From a bacterium HR35 (GTDB lineage Bacteria; Patescibacteriota; Minisyncoccia; UBA6257; HR35), in contig BEIL01000001.1 in the NCBI GenBank assembly GCA_002898235.1, positions 16,034 to 80,033 of the forward strand: 64,000 nucleotides of DNA, in the 5' to 3' direction. The notes beneath the pieces are model-generated. The model did not search any database. It was not told the origin of the DNA and saw only the letters and a program-made list of their open reading frames with translations. Each line of letters starts with the position of its first letter. Within the stretch, counting starts at the first letter, position 1. The translations under genes and the position numbers were made by a program. This document shows, in pieces, positions 49,622 to 59,196 of the stretch.

Positions 49622-51303
49622 TTTTATTTTTAGGGATATTAAACTTTTTAGTTTTTAAAGGAGTTTTCGCTGCCTCAATTTATCTTTCTCCAGCACAAAA
49701 AACAGTTAATGTCGGTGATAGTTTTAGTATTGTTGTTTATGTTGAATCTTCTGATCAAGCAATGAATGCTGTTTCTTTTAGATTAAGCTTTCCTAAGGAT
49801 TTACTTAAGGTTAATAATGTTTCTAAGGCTGGAAGTATTATTAATTTTTGGGTTCAAGAACCTCAAGTTTCAGCTGAAGAAATTTTTACTGAAGGAGTAG
49901 TTTTAAATCCTGGTTATCAAGGAAGTGCTGGAAAAATTTTAACAATTAATTTTAAAGCTTTAAAAGAGGGAACTGCTGATTTAAATTTTATTTCTGGTAG
50001 CGTTTTAGCTAATGATGGGCAGGGAACAAATATTTTAAAAAGTTTAAATTCAGCAACAATTAAAATTAGACCTAAAGTAAAAGAAGAAAAAACAAAAGAT
50101 GTTTTTCAACAAACTTCTTTTATCCCAGCTCCAATAATTATTTCTCCAACGCATCCTAGCCAAAATAAATGGTATAACATAAAAGAAGCCAAGTTAGTAT
50201 GGAATTTACCAGAAAATATTAACGAAGTAAGAACCTTACTTGGACAAAATCCAAATGCTTATCCTCAAGTAAGTTATATTCCACCAATAAATTCGAAAGA
50301 TGTTACTACCCCCTATGATGGTGTTTGGTATTTTTCTCTTCAATTTTGTAATGAAACTAGTTGTTCAGATATAGGAAGATATAAACTCCAAATAGATACA
50401 ACACCTCCAACTGTAAATTTGAAAGAAATTCAGAGAGAAGATTTAACTGACCCAAGAGTAAAAATTTATATTGATGCTAAAGACGATCTTTCTGGAATTG
50501 ATTATTATTTAATAAATATAAATGGAAAAACTGAAAAATGGATTGATGATGGTACTCATATTTATCAACTAAAAGATTTAAAACCTGGTCAATATGAAAT
50601 TTCAGTTAAAGTTTTTGACAAAGCAGGGAATAATAATGAGGCTAAATTAAGTTTTGAAATAAAACCATTAGAACCACCAGAAATTACTGATTATCCAAAA
50701 GAAGTTGTTTTGGGTGAACCAGTTATTATTAAAGGAAGAACAAAGTATCCAAATGTCGATGTTTATGTTTATTTAGAGCATCAAAAGGGCGCAAAAGTTG
50801 TTAATAATACTAAAACAAAAGAAAATGGTGAATTTGAAATAATGGTTAATAATTTATCAGCTGGAGTTTATAAAGCTTATGCTCAATTTAGGGATGAAAT
50901 AGGTCGAGAGTCTTTGCCGAGTGATTATGTAAATATTGTTGTAAGAGTGCCTTATCTTATTGAAGTTTTTGGCTTGAAAATAAATATATTTAATGTTCTT
51001 ATTCTGTTTATTAGTTTAATCATAGTTTTAATCCTAGGAATCACATATTATCTTAGAAAACTTAATCAAATAAGAGAAAGAGTAGAAAAAGAAACAAAAG
51101 ATTTGCATAATGCAATCCATAATTTTATAAAATATCTTCATTCAAGATTTGAAGAACAAATAAAACTTTTACAAGAAACAAAGAATAAAAGAGAATTAAC
51201 CGAAGAAGAAAACAAAATTCTACATGAGCTTGAAGAAAAATTAGATAAATTAAATAAGTATTTACATAAAGAAATTAAAGATATTGAAGAGATTTTTAAG
51301 TAA
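49600..51303 (+). CDS. cohesin-like domain surface protein with signal peptide, Ig-like domains, C-terminal TM anchor and cytoplasmic coiled coil
   Basis: Cohesin pattern TVNVGDSFSIVVYVES..AVSFRLSFPKDLLKV..GKILTINFKALKEGTADLNFISGSVLANDGQG. A later LSGIDYY...FDKAGN Ig-like motif. TM helix ILFISLIIVLILGI near the C-terminus. Confidence 0.55.
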   Translation: MAFKNKIILFLGILNFLVFKGVFAASIYLSPAQKTVNVGDSFSIVVYVESSDQAMNAVSFRLSFPKDLLKVNNVSKAGSIINFWVQEPQVSAEEIFTEGVVLNPGYQGSAGKILTINFKALKEGTADLNFISGSVLANDGQGTNILKSLNSATIKIRPKVKEEKTKDVFQQTSFIPAPIIISPTHPSQNKWYNIKEAKLVWNLPENINEVRTLLGQNPNAYPQVSYIPPINSKDVTTPYDGVWYFSLQFCNETSCSDIGRYKLQIDTTPPTVNLKEIQREDLTDPRVKIYIDAKDDLSGIDYYLININGKTEKWIDDGTHIYQLKDLKPGQYEISVKVFDKAGNNNEAKLSFEIKPLEPPEITDYPKEVVLGEPVIIKGRTKYPNVDVYVYLEHQKGAKVVNNTKTKENGEFEIMVNNLSAGVYKAYAQFRDEIGRESLPSDYVNIVVRVPYLIEVFGLKINIFNVLILFISLIIVLILGITYYLRKLNQIRERVEKETKDLHNAIHNFIKYLHSRFEEQIKLLQETKNKRELTEEENKILHELEEKLDKLNKYLHKEIKDIEEIFK

Positions 51304-51322
51304 TTAATTTATAATATAAATA

Positions 51323-52480
51323 ATGCTTAATCCAGAATTAAAATTGAATCCAAAAATTTTTGATGAAGATATTGAGCAAAAGCCAATTAGAGATGGTTAT
51401 AGTGATGCTTTGGTTGAGCTTGGAGAAAAAAATCCTGATGTTGTTGTTTTAACTGCTGATTTAGCTGAATCAACCAGAGCTCATAAATTTGCCGAAAAAT
51501 TTCCTGAAAGATTTATTGAATGCGGAGTGGCTGAACAAAATATGGCTGGTATTGCTGCTGGTTTAGGTGTAAGTGGTAAAATTGCTTTTATTTCCTCTTA
51601 TGCAACTTTTTCTCCTGGCAAAAATTGGGAAACAATTAGAACAACAATAATTTATAATGATTCAAATGTAAAAATTGCCGGTCATCATTCAGGAATTGTT
51701 ACTGGTCCTGATGGTGCCACTCATCAAGCAACCGAAGATATAGCTATTATGAGATGCTTACCGAATGTTAGAATAATTTCTCCTTGTGACTTTTGGGAAG
51801 CAAAAAAAGCAACTTTATATTCAGCAGAAGTTTATGGTCCTTTTTATATTAGATATGTAAGAGATAAAACACCTATAATAACAACAGAAGAAACACCTTT
51901 TAGATTTGGAAAAATTGAAGAATTCTGGATACCAAACACAGACCATACACGGACTATACACGGACAGAACAGACAAAATAATAAGTCCGAACAGTCTGAG
52001 TCTAGTCCGAATCAGTCCGTGTTAAGTCCAAACAAGTCCGTGTCTAGTCCGAACAAGTCCGTGAGTATGCAGAATAACGCAGATAAAAATATAGTTGCTA
52101 TTTTTGCAACTGGACATCTAGTTTATCAGGCACTTTTGGCTGCTAAAGAATTAGAAGAGGAGGGAATAGATGTTTATGTTTTGAATGTTCATACAATAAA
52201 ACCACTTGATGTTGAAAAAATTTTTGAAATTGCAAAAAAAGTTAGAGGAATAGTTACTTTAGAAGACCACCAAGTTCAAGGAGGAATGGGAAGCGCAATT
52301 AGTGAAGCTTTAATGAATATTGATTTTCAAAAACAATATGGCCTTTTTTCTGTTCCTCCGATTAAATTTTTAGGACTTCAAAATACTTTTGGTGAATCGG
52401 GCAAACCCAATGAATTAATTCAAAAATATGGAATGGATAAAGAGGCAGTAAAAAAGGCGGTTTATGAGTTTCTTAAATGA
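51323..52480 (+). CDS. transketolase, C-terminal subunit of a split enzyme, with a roughly 50 aa low-complexity in-frame insertion
   Basis: Pyrimidine-binding and C-terminal transketolase domains (FIECGVAEQNMAGIAAG, GPDGATHQATEDIAIMR). Insertion PNTDHTRTIHGQNRQNNKSEQSESSPNQSVLSPNKSVSSPNKSVSMQNNADKN at nt 51935-52090. Confidence 0.8.
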   Translation: MLNPELKLNPKIFDEDIEQKPIRDGYSDALVELGEKNPDVVVLTADLAESTRAHKFAEKFPERFIECGVAEQNMAGIAAGLGVSGKIAFISSYATFSPGKNWETIRTTIIYNDSNVKIAGHHSGIVTGPDGATHQATEDIAIMRCLPNVRIISPCDFWEAKKATLYSAEVYGPFYIRYVRDKTPIITTEETPFRFGKIEEFWIPNTDHTRTIHGQNRQNNKSEQSESSPNQSVLSPNKSVSSPNKSVSMQNNADKNIVAIFATGHLVYQALLAAKELEEEGIDVYVLNVHTIKPLDVEKIFEIAKKVRGIVTLEDHQVQGGMGSAISEALMNIDFQKQYGLFSVPPIKFLGLQNTFGESGKPNELIQKYGMDKEAVKKAVYEFLK

Positions 52481-53172
52481 AAATTGACGAAAAAACTAAA
52501 ATTATTCTGCTTAATATTGACAAAAAATTCAAATTTTTAAAAGCAAACCTTAAAGATAATGTTTTAGTTATTTTACCTCTAAAAAAAATTCTAAGCTATT
52601 TTGATCAAAAGGAAAAAATAATCTTAAAAAAATTCTTAAAATTAAAACCTAAAAATAAATTAACTTATTTAGGTGATGTTAGAAAAAAATATAAGTTTAT
52701 TATTCTTAAAAACGAAACATATTATCGAGACGGAAAAAGGATTAAACTTTATGCTCGCTATTTACCAACTCATGTTTACAGAGCTTTTAATTTAATGAGA
52801 AAAGCAATTAAAAAAGAAATTGGAAAAGAAATTGTTTTAGAATCAGGCTATCGATCGTTAGGTTACCAACTTTTAATTTTAATTCAAGAATTAATTAAGG
52901 ATAACTTTAATTTGAAAAAAACTTTAAAGAAAATAGCTCTACCTGGTTATAGTGAGCATAATGATTATTTTAAAACTGCCATTGATGTTATTACTAAAAA
53001 TGGAATTCCTTTAAACGAAAAAGAAACAAAAATTTTTATTAAAACAGATGAATATAATTGGTTAATTAAAAATGCTGAAAAGTTTGGTTTTTATCAAAGT
53101 TTTTCAATTAATAACAAACATTACATTTTCGAACCTTGGCATTGGCGTTATTTAGGTAATGGAAACAATTAA
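52477..53172 (+). CDS. D-alanyl-D-alanine carboxypeptidase-like peptidase (M15B/VanY family)
   Basis: SGYRSLGYQ and ALPGYSEHNDYFKTAIDV (SxHxxGxAxD-like Zn-binding) motifs, followed by a later EPWHW. Confidence 0.6.
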   Translation: MKIDEKTKIILLNIDKKFKFLKANLKDNVLVILPLKKILSYFDQKEKIILKKFLKLKPKNKLTYLGDVRKKYKFIILKNETYYRDGKRIKLYARYLPTHVYRAFNLMRKAIKKEIGKEIVLESGYRSLGYQLLILIQELIKDNFNLKKTLKKIALPGYSEHNDYFKTAIDVITKNGIPLNEKETKIFIKTDEYNWLIKNAEKFGFYQSFSINNKHYIFEPWHWRYLGNGNN

Positions 53173-54430
53173 AATAACCTTTGAAAAAATAGGACATAAC
53201 GGCGTAAGTATAGGAAAATTCGAAAATAAAATCGTTTTTGCTTATGGGATTTTACCAGGTGAAGAAGCTTTAGTTAAAGTAATTAAAAATAAAAAAAATT
53301 TTATTGAAGCAGAAGTTTTGGAAATTTTAAATAAATCACCTTATAGAGTTGAAGCTAAAGAAAATCATTATCTTTCTTGCTCTCCCTGGCAAACTTTTTC
53401 TTATGATTGGCAAGTAAAAATTAAAAAAGACCTTCTTAAAGAAATTTATTTAAAGTTTGCTAATATTGAAATTGAACTAAAAAATTTTAATAGAGCAAAA
53501 GAAATCTTTGGTTATCGAACTAAAATTGAATATAGCTTTTTAGAAGAAAATGAGAAAAACTGGTTTGCTTTTTATAAGAGAGGAAGTTTTAAAGAAAAGA
53601 TAAAATTAGAAAATGGTTGTTTATTAATGGATGAACAAGCTAATTATTTAGCTTTAGAGGTTTTAAAAGAAATAAACAAGAAAAGATTAAAAAATCTTAA
53701 AAGTTTAATTATTAGAAAAGCTAAAAGAACTTCTGATATTCATATTTCTGTACTGACAAAAGACAAAGATCAATCATTTGTTTATAAAAATGATAAACTT
53801 TCTGGTTTTGTATTTGCTTTTTCTAATCCTAAAAGTCCGGCTAGTCGGTTTGATAAAGTTTTAAATTCTTGGGGCAGAGAATATTTAAAAGAAAAAATAT
53901 TAAATCTTGAAATTCTCTATCCTTATAATTCTTTTTTTCAAAACAATATTGAACTATTTGAAGAAGCTTTAAGAGTGATGATTGAAAATAGTGAGGATTT
54001 TAAAAAAGTAGTTGATTTGTATTCTGGAGTTGGAGTTATTGGTTTAAGTTTAAAAGAAAAGGCAAAAGAAATTTTAGCTGTTGATATTGACAAAAGTTCT
54101 ATTAGTTATGCTAAACTAAATGCTGAAATTAATGGTATTAATAACTTTAAAGCTTTGGTTTTGCCTTCTGAAAAAATTTCATCTGAATTATTAGAAAAAG
54201 TTGATTTATTAATTTTAGATCCGCCACGAGCTGGCCTCCATAAAAAATTAATTGATTTAATTTTAAAAACTAAACCAGAAAATATCTTTTATCTTTCTTG
54301 TAATCCAATAACCCAAGCTCGAGATTTTAATTTTTTAAAAAATGAGTATAAAATTAAAGGAGTTTATGGTTTTGATTTTTATCCCAATACTCCTCATTTA
54401 GAATGCCTTCTTATTTTAAAAAGGAAATGA
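53159..54430 (+). CDS. RNA (uracil-5-)-methyltransferase, RumA/RlmD/TrmA family
   Basis: N-terminal TRAM-like domain. SAM motifs VVDLYSGVGVIGL and ILDPPRAGL. Confidence 0.75.
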   Translation: METIKITFEKIGHNGVSIGKFENKIVFAYGILPGEEALVKVIKNKKNFIEAEVLEILNKSPYRVEAKENHYLSCSPWQTFSYDWQVKIKKDLLKEIYLKFANIEIELKNFNRAKEIFGYRTKIEYSFLEENEKNWFAFYKRGSFKEKIKLENGCLLMDEQANYLALEVLKEINKKRLKNLKSLIIRKAKRTSDIHISVLTKDKDQSFVYKNDKLSGFVFAFSNPKSPASRFDKVLNSWGREYLKEKILNLEILYPYNSFFQNNIELFEEALRVMIENSEDFKKVVDLYSGVGVIGLSLKEKAKEILAVDIDKSSISYAKLNAEINGINNFKALVLPSEKISSELLEKVDLLILDPPRAGLHKKLIDLILKTKPENIFYLSCNPITQARDFNFLKNEYKIKGVYGFDFYPNTPHLECLLILKRK

Positions 54431-55104
54431 AACCAATAAAAATTTCTCGGTCAAAAATAGAATTATTTTTAGATTGTCCAAGATGTTTTTGGTTAGAAGT
54501 AAAGAAGAAAATTAAAAGACCAGAAAAATTTACGGCTACTCATCTAGGCAATAAATATGATCCATTTCTCAAAAAAGTTTTTGATGAATATCGAAGACAA
54601 AATAAAAAACCAAAAGAGTTGGAAGAATTCGATTTCGAACTTTATAAAGATTATCAGAAATTGGAAATTTGGCGGAAGAAAGGAGTTGAATATTTCCATC
54701 CTAAGCATAAAATAATTTACTATGGCGAAATTGATGATTTGCTTATAAAAGAAAATAAATATTTAATTCCTTTTGATTTTAAAACAACTCTTAGTAAAGA
54801 ATTTCAGGTTTATGAGAGTTATAAAAGGCAGCTAGAGATTTATGGTTATCTCTTAAAAAAACAAGGAGAAGAAGTTTTAAATTTAGGAGTCTTTTATGTA
54901 GTTAGGGTTGATATTAATGAAAATTTTGAAAAAATAGAAGAAAGAAAAATAGTTATCTTAGAAAATTTGAATTACGAAATTTACGACGAGGTTTTAGAAA
55001 AATTAAAAGAGACCTATTTTAGCCTTCAAGAGCCAGAACCAAGCGAAAACTGTCCTTTTTGTTTAAGAGATTTTCAAATTAAAAACTTATATAAAAATGA
55101 ATAA
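54403..55104 (+). CDS. PD-(D/E)xK nuclease superfamily protein, Cas4/RecB-like (standalone)
   Basis: N-terminal LFLDCPRCFW, RecB-type motif GEIDDLLIKENKYLIPFDFKTT, and C-terminal Cys pair ENCPFC. Confidence 0.5.
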   Translation: MPSYFKKEMKPIKISRSKIELFLDCPRCFWLEVKKKIKRPEKFTATHLGNKYDPFLKKVFDEYRRQNKKPKELEEFDFELYKDYQKLEIWRKKGVEYFHPKHKIIYYGEIDDLLIKENKYLIPFDFKTTLSKEFQVYESYKRQLEIYGYLLKKQGEEVLNLGVFYVVRVDINENFEKIEERKIVILENLNYEIYDEVLEKLKETYFSLQEPEPSENCPFCLRDFQIKNLYKNE

Positions 55105-55423
55105 TTTTTTAGAAGAATTTTTGAATAATTTTAAATTTGAGGAATTAATTAATGAAATTTTTAAATTTAAATTTAGTTTATTTAATTTTCAAAGCCTTCC
55201 TTATCAGCTTAAATTTATAATTAATTACGCTTCTTCAACTAATATTATTTTCTTTCTAATTGTTTTTTTCTTCCTTTTCTTTTTGGTAAGAATATTTTTG
55301 AAAGTTGTCCAACATATTTTAAATTTAATTGTTACTTTTTGGCTAACAATTTTAGTTTTTTATTTTTTAATCAGAACTGGTTTGGTAGATGAATTTTTCA
55401 AACTTTTCCAGCGGTTCTTTTAA
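55097..55423 (+). CDS. small hydrophobic protein (hypothetical)
   Basis: Two TM helices; its 3' end overlaps the NUDIX gene on the opposite strand. Confidence 0.2.
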   Translation: MNNFLEEFLNNFKFEELINEIFKFKFSLFNFQSLPYQLKFIINYASSTNIIFFLIVFFFLFFLVRIFLKVVQHILNLIVTFWLTILVFYFLIRTGLVDEFFKLFQRFF

Positions 55424-55858
55424 CCAAGGAAAAACTTTTTCTTTTGCTTCTTCCAAGTTAAAATAACTCATTTTGTCAACTTCAGGAATTTTTATAAAAT
55501 TTTTACTTTTATGAGGAAATTCAATCTCAATTAAATTGCTTTGAGGAATTAGATTATCTCCAAAATCTTTCTCAATGACGAAAAAATAAATTGTTTTTTT
55601 ATCACTCTTTCTAGTAAAACTTTCAAAAAATTTTATTTTTTCTAAATCATTTGAGGAGAATTTTAAACCTGTTTCTTCTTCGAATTCCCTTAAAGCTGCT
55701 TGAAGAGGACTTTCATTTTCTTTAAATTCACCTTTAGGAATATCCCAGAAACCCTTATCTTTGTTTTTGTAAAACGGTCCGCCAGGATGAACTAATAGAA
55801 TTTCAATAAAATTATTCTTTTTTCTATAGACAATAAAACCGGCGCTTCTTTTTTTCAT
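55367..55858 (-). CDS. NUDIX hydrolase
   Basis: Nudix box GEFKENESPLQAALREFEEETGL. Confidence 0.75.
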   Translation of the reverse strand: MKKRSAGFIVYRKKNNFIEILLVHPGGPFYKNKDKGFWDIPKGEFKENESPLQAALREFEEETGLKFSSNDLEKIKFFESFTRKSDKKTIYFFVIEKDFGDNLIPQSNLIEIEFPHKSKNFIKIPEVDKMSYFNLEEAKEKVFPWLKEPLEKFEKFIYQTSSD

Positions 55859-56008
55859 TTTTTTATTTTAAAATATTTTAAAGAAATGATTAAGAAAATT
55901 AAAGACCTGTTAATAAATAAACTTAAAGAAATTAGAAAAAAAGGAATAATTTTAAGACCAGCAAGATTAAAACCTATTGTTCAGAAGTTAAAAATTAAAA
56001 AAAGATAA

Positions 56009-56272
56009 ATGGCTTTAGCTGAAAAGATAAAAGAATTGACCCAAGAAACAATCGAAGATCTTGGTTATAAAATAAAAAAAATTGAAATAGGCAGAGAAGG
56101 AAGTAAAAGAACGGTGACTATTTATATCACTAAAGATGAAGGCTATATAAGCATTAATGATTGTGTTATCGTTTCCCGAGCTGTTGATCCTATTTTAGAA
56201 AAAGCTGACCTTATTAAAGAAAAATGGATTTTAATCGTTTCTTCTCCTGGAGAAGATGAAAAAGAAAGTTAA
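56009..56272 (+). CDS. RimP-like ribosome maturation factor (N-terminal domain only)
   Basis: 87 aa ending ...WILIVSSPGEDE, like the RimP EVSSPG motif. Confidence 0.4.
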   Translation: MALAEKIKELTQETIEDLGYKIKKIEIGREGSKRTVTIYITKDEGYISINDCVIVSRAVDPILEKADLIKEKWILIVSSPGEDEKES

Positions 56273-56930
56273 AGAAACAAAAAATTTGGAAAAAAGAAAA
56301 AAAATATTTGAAATTATCAATAAAGAACTTAAAAGACTTTTTCCTCAAGCTAAAATTGCTTTAAATTTTTCCAATCCGTGGGAACTTTTAGTTGCTGTAA
56401 TTTTATCAGCTCAAACAACTGACAAGAAAGTAAATGAAATTACTGAAAAACTTTTTAAAAAATATAAAACACTCGAAGATTATGCTAAAGCTAATTTAAA
56501 AGAATTTCAAGAGGATATTAGGGGAGTTAATTATTATAAAAATAAAGCTAAGTTCATTTTAGAAAATGCAAAAATAATTAAAGAAAAATTTAATGGTCAA
56601 GTACCAAAAACAATGGAGGAATTGCTGCAACTTAAAGGAGTTGCTCGCAAAACTGCTAATATTGTTCTTTCAGTTGCTTATAATATTTATGAAGGCATTG
56701 CTGTAGATACTCATGTTAAAAGACTTTCGAAACTTTTAGGATTAACTAAAGAAACTAAACCTGAAAAAATAGAAAAAGATTTGATGGCAATTATTCCAAA
56801 AGGACCAGAATGGCGCGATTTTCCTTTGAGATTAATTCAATATGGAAGAGAATATTGTCCAGCGAGAAAACACAATCATAATAATTGCCCTCTTAATTTA
56901 GCTTTAAAAAGAGCCAGAATAAAAATTTAG
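56256..56930 (+). CDS. nth: endonuclease III-like HhH-GPD DNA glycosylase
   Basis: HhH LLQLKGVARKTANIVL with the catalytic Lys, and VDTHVKRL with the Asp. Only a partial Cys cluster at the C-terminus. Confidence 0.7.
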   Translation: MKKKVKETKNLEKRKKIFEIINKELKRLFPQAKIALNFSNPWELLVAVILSAQTTDKKVNEITEKLFKKYKTLEDYAKANLKEFQEDIRGVNYYKNKAKFILENAKIIKEKFNGQVPKTMEELLQLKGVARKTANIVLSVAYNIYEGIAVDTHVKRLSKLLGLTKETKPEKIEKDLMAIIPKGPEWRDFPLRLIQYGREYCPARKHNHNNCPLNLALKRARIKI

Positions 56931-57199
56931 AGATTTTGAGATAGTTTTTGAGAAATTTGAGTCAAAAAAGAATTAAGCTCCTCCTCAGGGAAAAGTGTTT
57001 TTAATTTTTCATAATAATAAATAATGATTTCTTGAAGCTGACTAAAGTCTTGAAGATTTTTACTTTCAGCTAATTTCAAAACTTCCTCTTTTATTTTAGC
57101 TAAGTTTTGTATATTATCTGGATTAGGAAATTTTTCATTTAATTCTTTATTAACCATATCCAAAAATTCATTCAAATAACCAATTAAAATTTTATTCAT
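56927..57199 (-). CDS. hypothetical small helical protein
   Basis: 90 aa, no motifs. Confidence 0.2.
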   Translation of the reverse strand: MNKILIGYLNEFLDMVNKELNEKFPNPDNIQNLAKIKEEVLKLAESKNLQDFSQLQEIIIYYYEKLKTLFPEEELNSFLTQISQKLSQNL

Positions 57200-57207
57200 T
57201 TTAATTA

Positions 57208-59196
57208 CTATCTAAATTCGACCTTTAATTTATTTTCTAATATATTTTTTATTTTTTCAATTTCTGAATTAACTTCTTCTTCGGTTAAAGTTCTTTCTTT
57301 ACTTTGAAAAATAAATCTAAAAGTGAATGATTTCTTTTGAGGATTGAGAAAATAAATATCTAAAAGAATTATCTCTTTTAAAAAACTAATTGACAGCGAA
57401 GCAAATATATTTTTAATTTCTTGATATTTGACTTGAGAATCAACAACAAAAGAAAGGTCTCTAATTACTTCTGGAAAATCTCCCCAAAAAACAAATTTTT
57501 TGTAATCATTAGTTAGTTCTTTAATAGATTGAAGATTAATCTCTAAGATTCCTATTTCTTTTTCAAGGTCGTAAAAAGTTTTTATTTTTTCATTTAATAA
57601 ACCCAAAAATCCTATTTCTTTATTATCCAAAACAATTTTAGCTCCTTTGGCTAAAAAGCTAAGATTAATCTCTTCAAACTTGTCTTCAATATCTATTTTT
57701 AAACCTTTTTTTATAATTTGCCAAATGGTTTTTAGTTCAATAAGGAGATTGGTTTTATCTTTTTGAGTAAGAGTTAAGGCTAAATTATAATTTTCTTTTA
57801 TTTTTTCATTTTCCAAAAAAGCAACCCGCTCAATTCTAAAAATTTTTAAATCTTTAATAATTTTTTGATTTAAACTTAAACCTTTTAATAAATTAGGTAA
57901 AAGAGAAAATTCATAAAATTTTAAATTTTCACTTAAGGGGTTAGCTAATTCAATTGGTTGCTGATTTTCTTTCAACACATCTTTAAATAATTCTTCATCT
58001 TTTTGGCTAAAAAGAGAGTAAGAATAAATTTCAGAAAAGCCAAAATTTTTTAAAATTTCCCTTAAACGAAAATTAAAAAGGAAATTTTCATCAATTAAAG
58101 AAGGATGATAAGCCGACTCAAAATTTTCCTTGACATTATTAACTCCATAAATTCTTAAAATTTCTTCGTAAATATCTTCCTTTATTTGTAAATCATTCCG
58201 ATCAAGAGGTGGATAAACTTCAAGAATACCACTTTTTTCTTTAAAATTAAAATTCAATTTTTTCAAGAAAAATTTTATTTGACTGAAATTAAAATTCGTT
58301 CCTAAAAATTTATTCATTTCATCAATTTTTATTTCTATTTTTTTAGTTGATGGTAATTTTCCATAAGCAATTTTTCCTTTTAATACCTCTCCTTTAGCAA
58401 ATTTTTTAATTAAAAAACTAATTCTTTCTAAAGCTTCTAAAGCCCTATAAGGATTAACATTTCTTTCAAATCTTAAGCTCGCTTCTGTTTTCAGATTATG
58501 AATTCTTGAAGTTTGATATATAGTTGTCGGATCAAAAACTGCTGCTTCGATGAAAATATTTTTAGTTTGTAAATTAACTTCAGCTAATTTGCTTCCTTTA
58601 ATTCCAGCTAAAGCTAAAATTTTTTCTCTATCACTAATAACTATTTCTCCTCCTCTTAATTCGTACTCTTTGTCTTCTAAAGAAATAAATTTTTCTCCTT
58701 TCTTAGCTTCTCTAACAATTATTTCTTTTTGAAAAATTTTGTCAAGATCAAAAATATGAAGAGGCGCTCCATATTCAAACATCACTAAATTAGCTAAATC
58801 AACAATTAAGTTAATTGAATTTAAACCATAAAACTCTAATATTTCTTTTAGCCAATCAGGTGAAGGTTGGTTTTTTAGATTTAAAATTACTCTACCAAAA
58901 TAAAAAGGAGTTTTAGGGGTTTTGACTTGAACTTTAATGAATTGAATGATTTTTTTATTACTTTCTTTAAATTTTGTTTGAGGAGCTTTGAATTTTAAAT
59001 TTGAAAGAAGGCTAATTTCTTTGGCAATTCCAATAAAAGAGGCTGAATCAGAAAAACGATTATAAAGAATATCGACATCTAAAATTCCATTTTCGTAGCT
59101 TGATTCAAACGATTTAAGAGTAAGAGTTTCTGCTATTTTTTTGCCGTCTAAATTTCCTTCTAAGTAATTTTTTAAATCTTTTAATCTAAATTTCAT
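57208..59196 (-). CDS. pheT: phenylalanine--tRNA ligase beta subunit (short form lacking the N-terminal tRNA-binding domain)
   Basis: B3/4 and B5 domains plus a C-terminal catalytic-like domain. Overlaps pheS upstream on the same strand. Confidence 0.8.
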   Translation of the reverse strand: MKFRLKDLKNYLEGNLDGKKIAETLTLKSFESSYENGILDVDILYNRFSDSASFIGIAKEISLLSNLKFKAPQTKFKESNKKIIQFIKVQVKTPKTPFYFGRVILNLKNQPSPDWLKEILEFYGLNSINLIVDLANLVMFEYGAPLHIFDLDKIFQKEIIVREAKKGEKFISLEDKEYELRGGEIVISDREKILALAGIKGSKLAEVNLQTKNIFIEAAVFDPTTIYQTSRIHNLKTEASLRFERNVNPYRALEALERISFLIKKFAKGEVLKGKIAYGKLPSTKKIEIKIDEMNKFLGTNFNFSQIKFFLKKLNFNFKEKSGILEVYPPLDRNDLQIKEDIYEEILRIYGVNNVKENFESAYHPSLIDENFLFNFRLREILKNFGFSEIYSYSLFSQKDEELFKDVLKENQQPIELANPLSENLKFYEFSLLPNLLKGLSLNQKIIKDLKIFRIERVAFLENEKIKENYNLALTLTQKDKTNLLIELKTIWQIIKKGLKIDIEDKFEEINLSFLAKGAKIVLDNKEIGFLGLLNEKIKTFYDLEKEIGILEINLQSIKELTNDYKKFVFWGDFPEVIRDLSFVVDSQVKYQEIKNIFASLSISFLKEIILLDIYFLNPQKKSFTFRFIFQSKERTLTEEEVNSEIEKIKNILENKLKVEFR

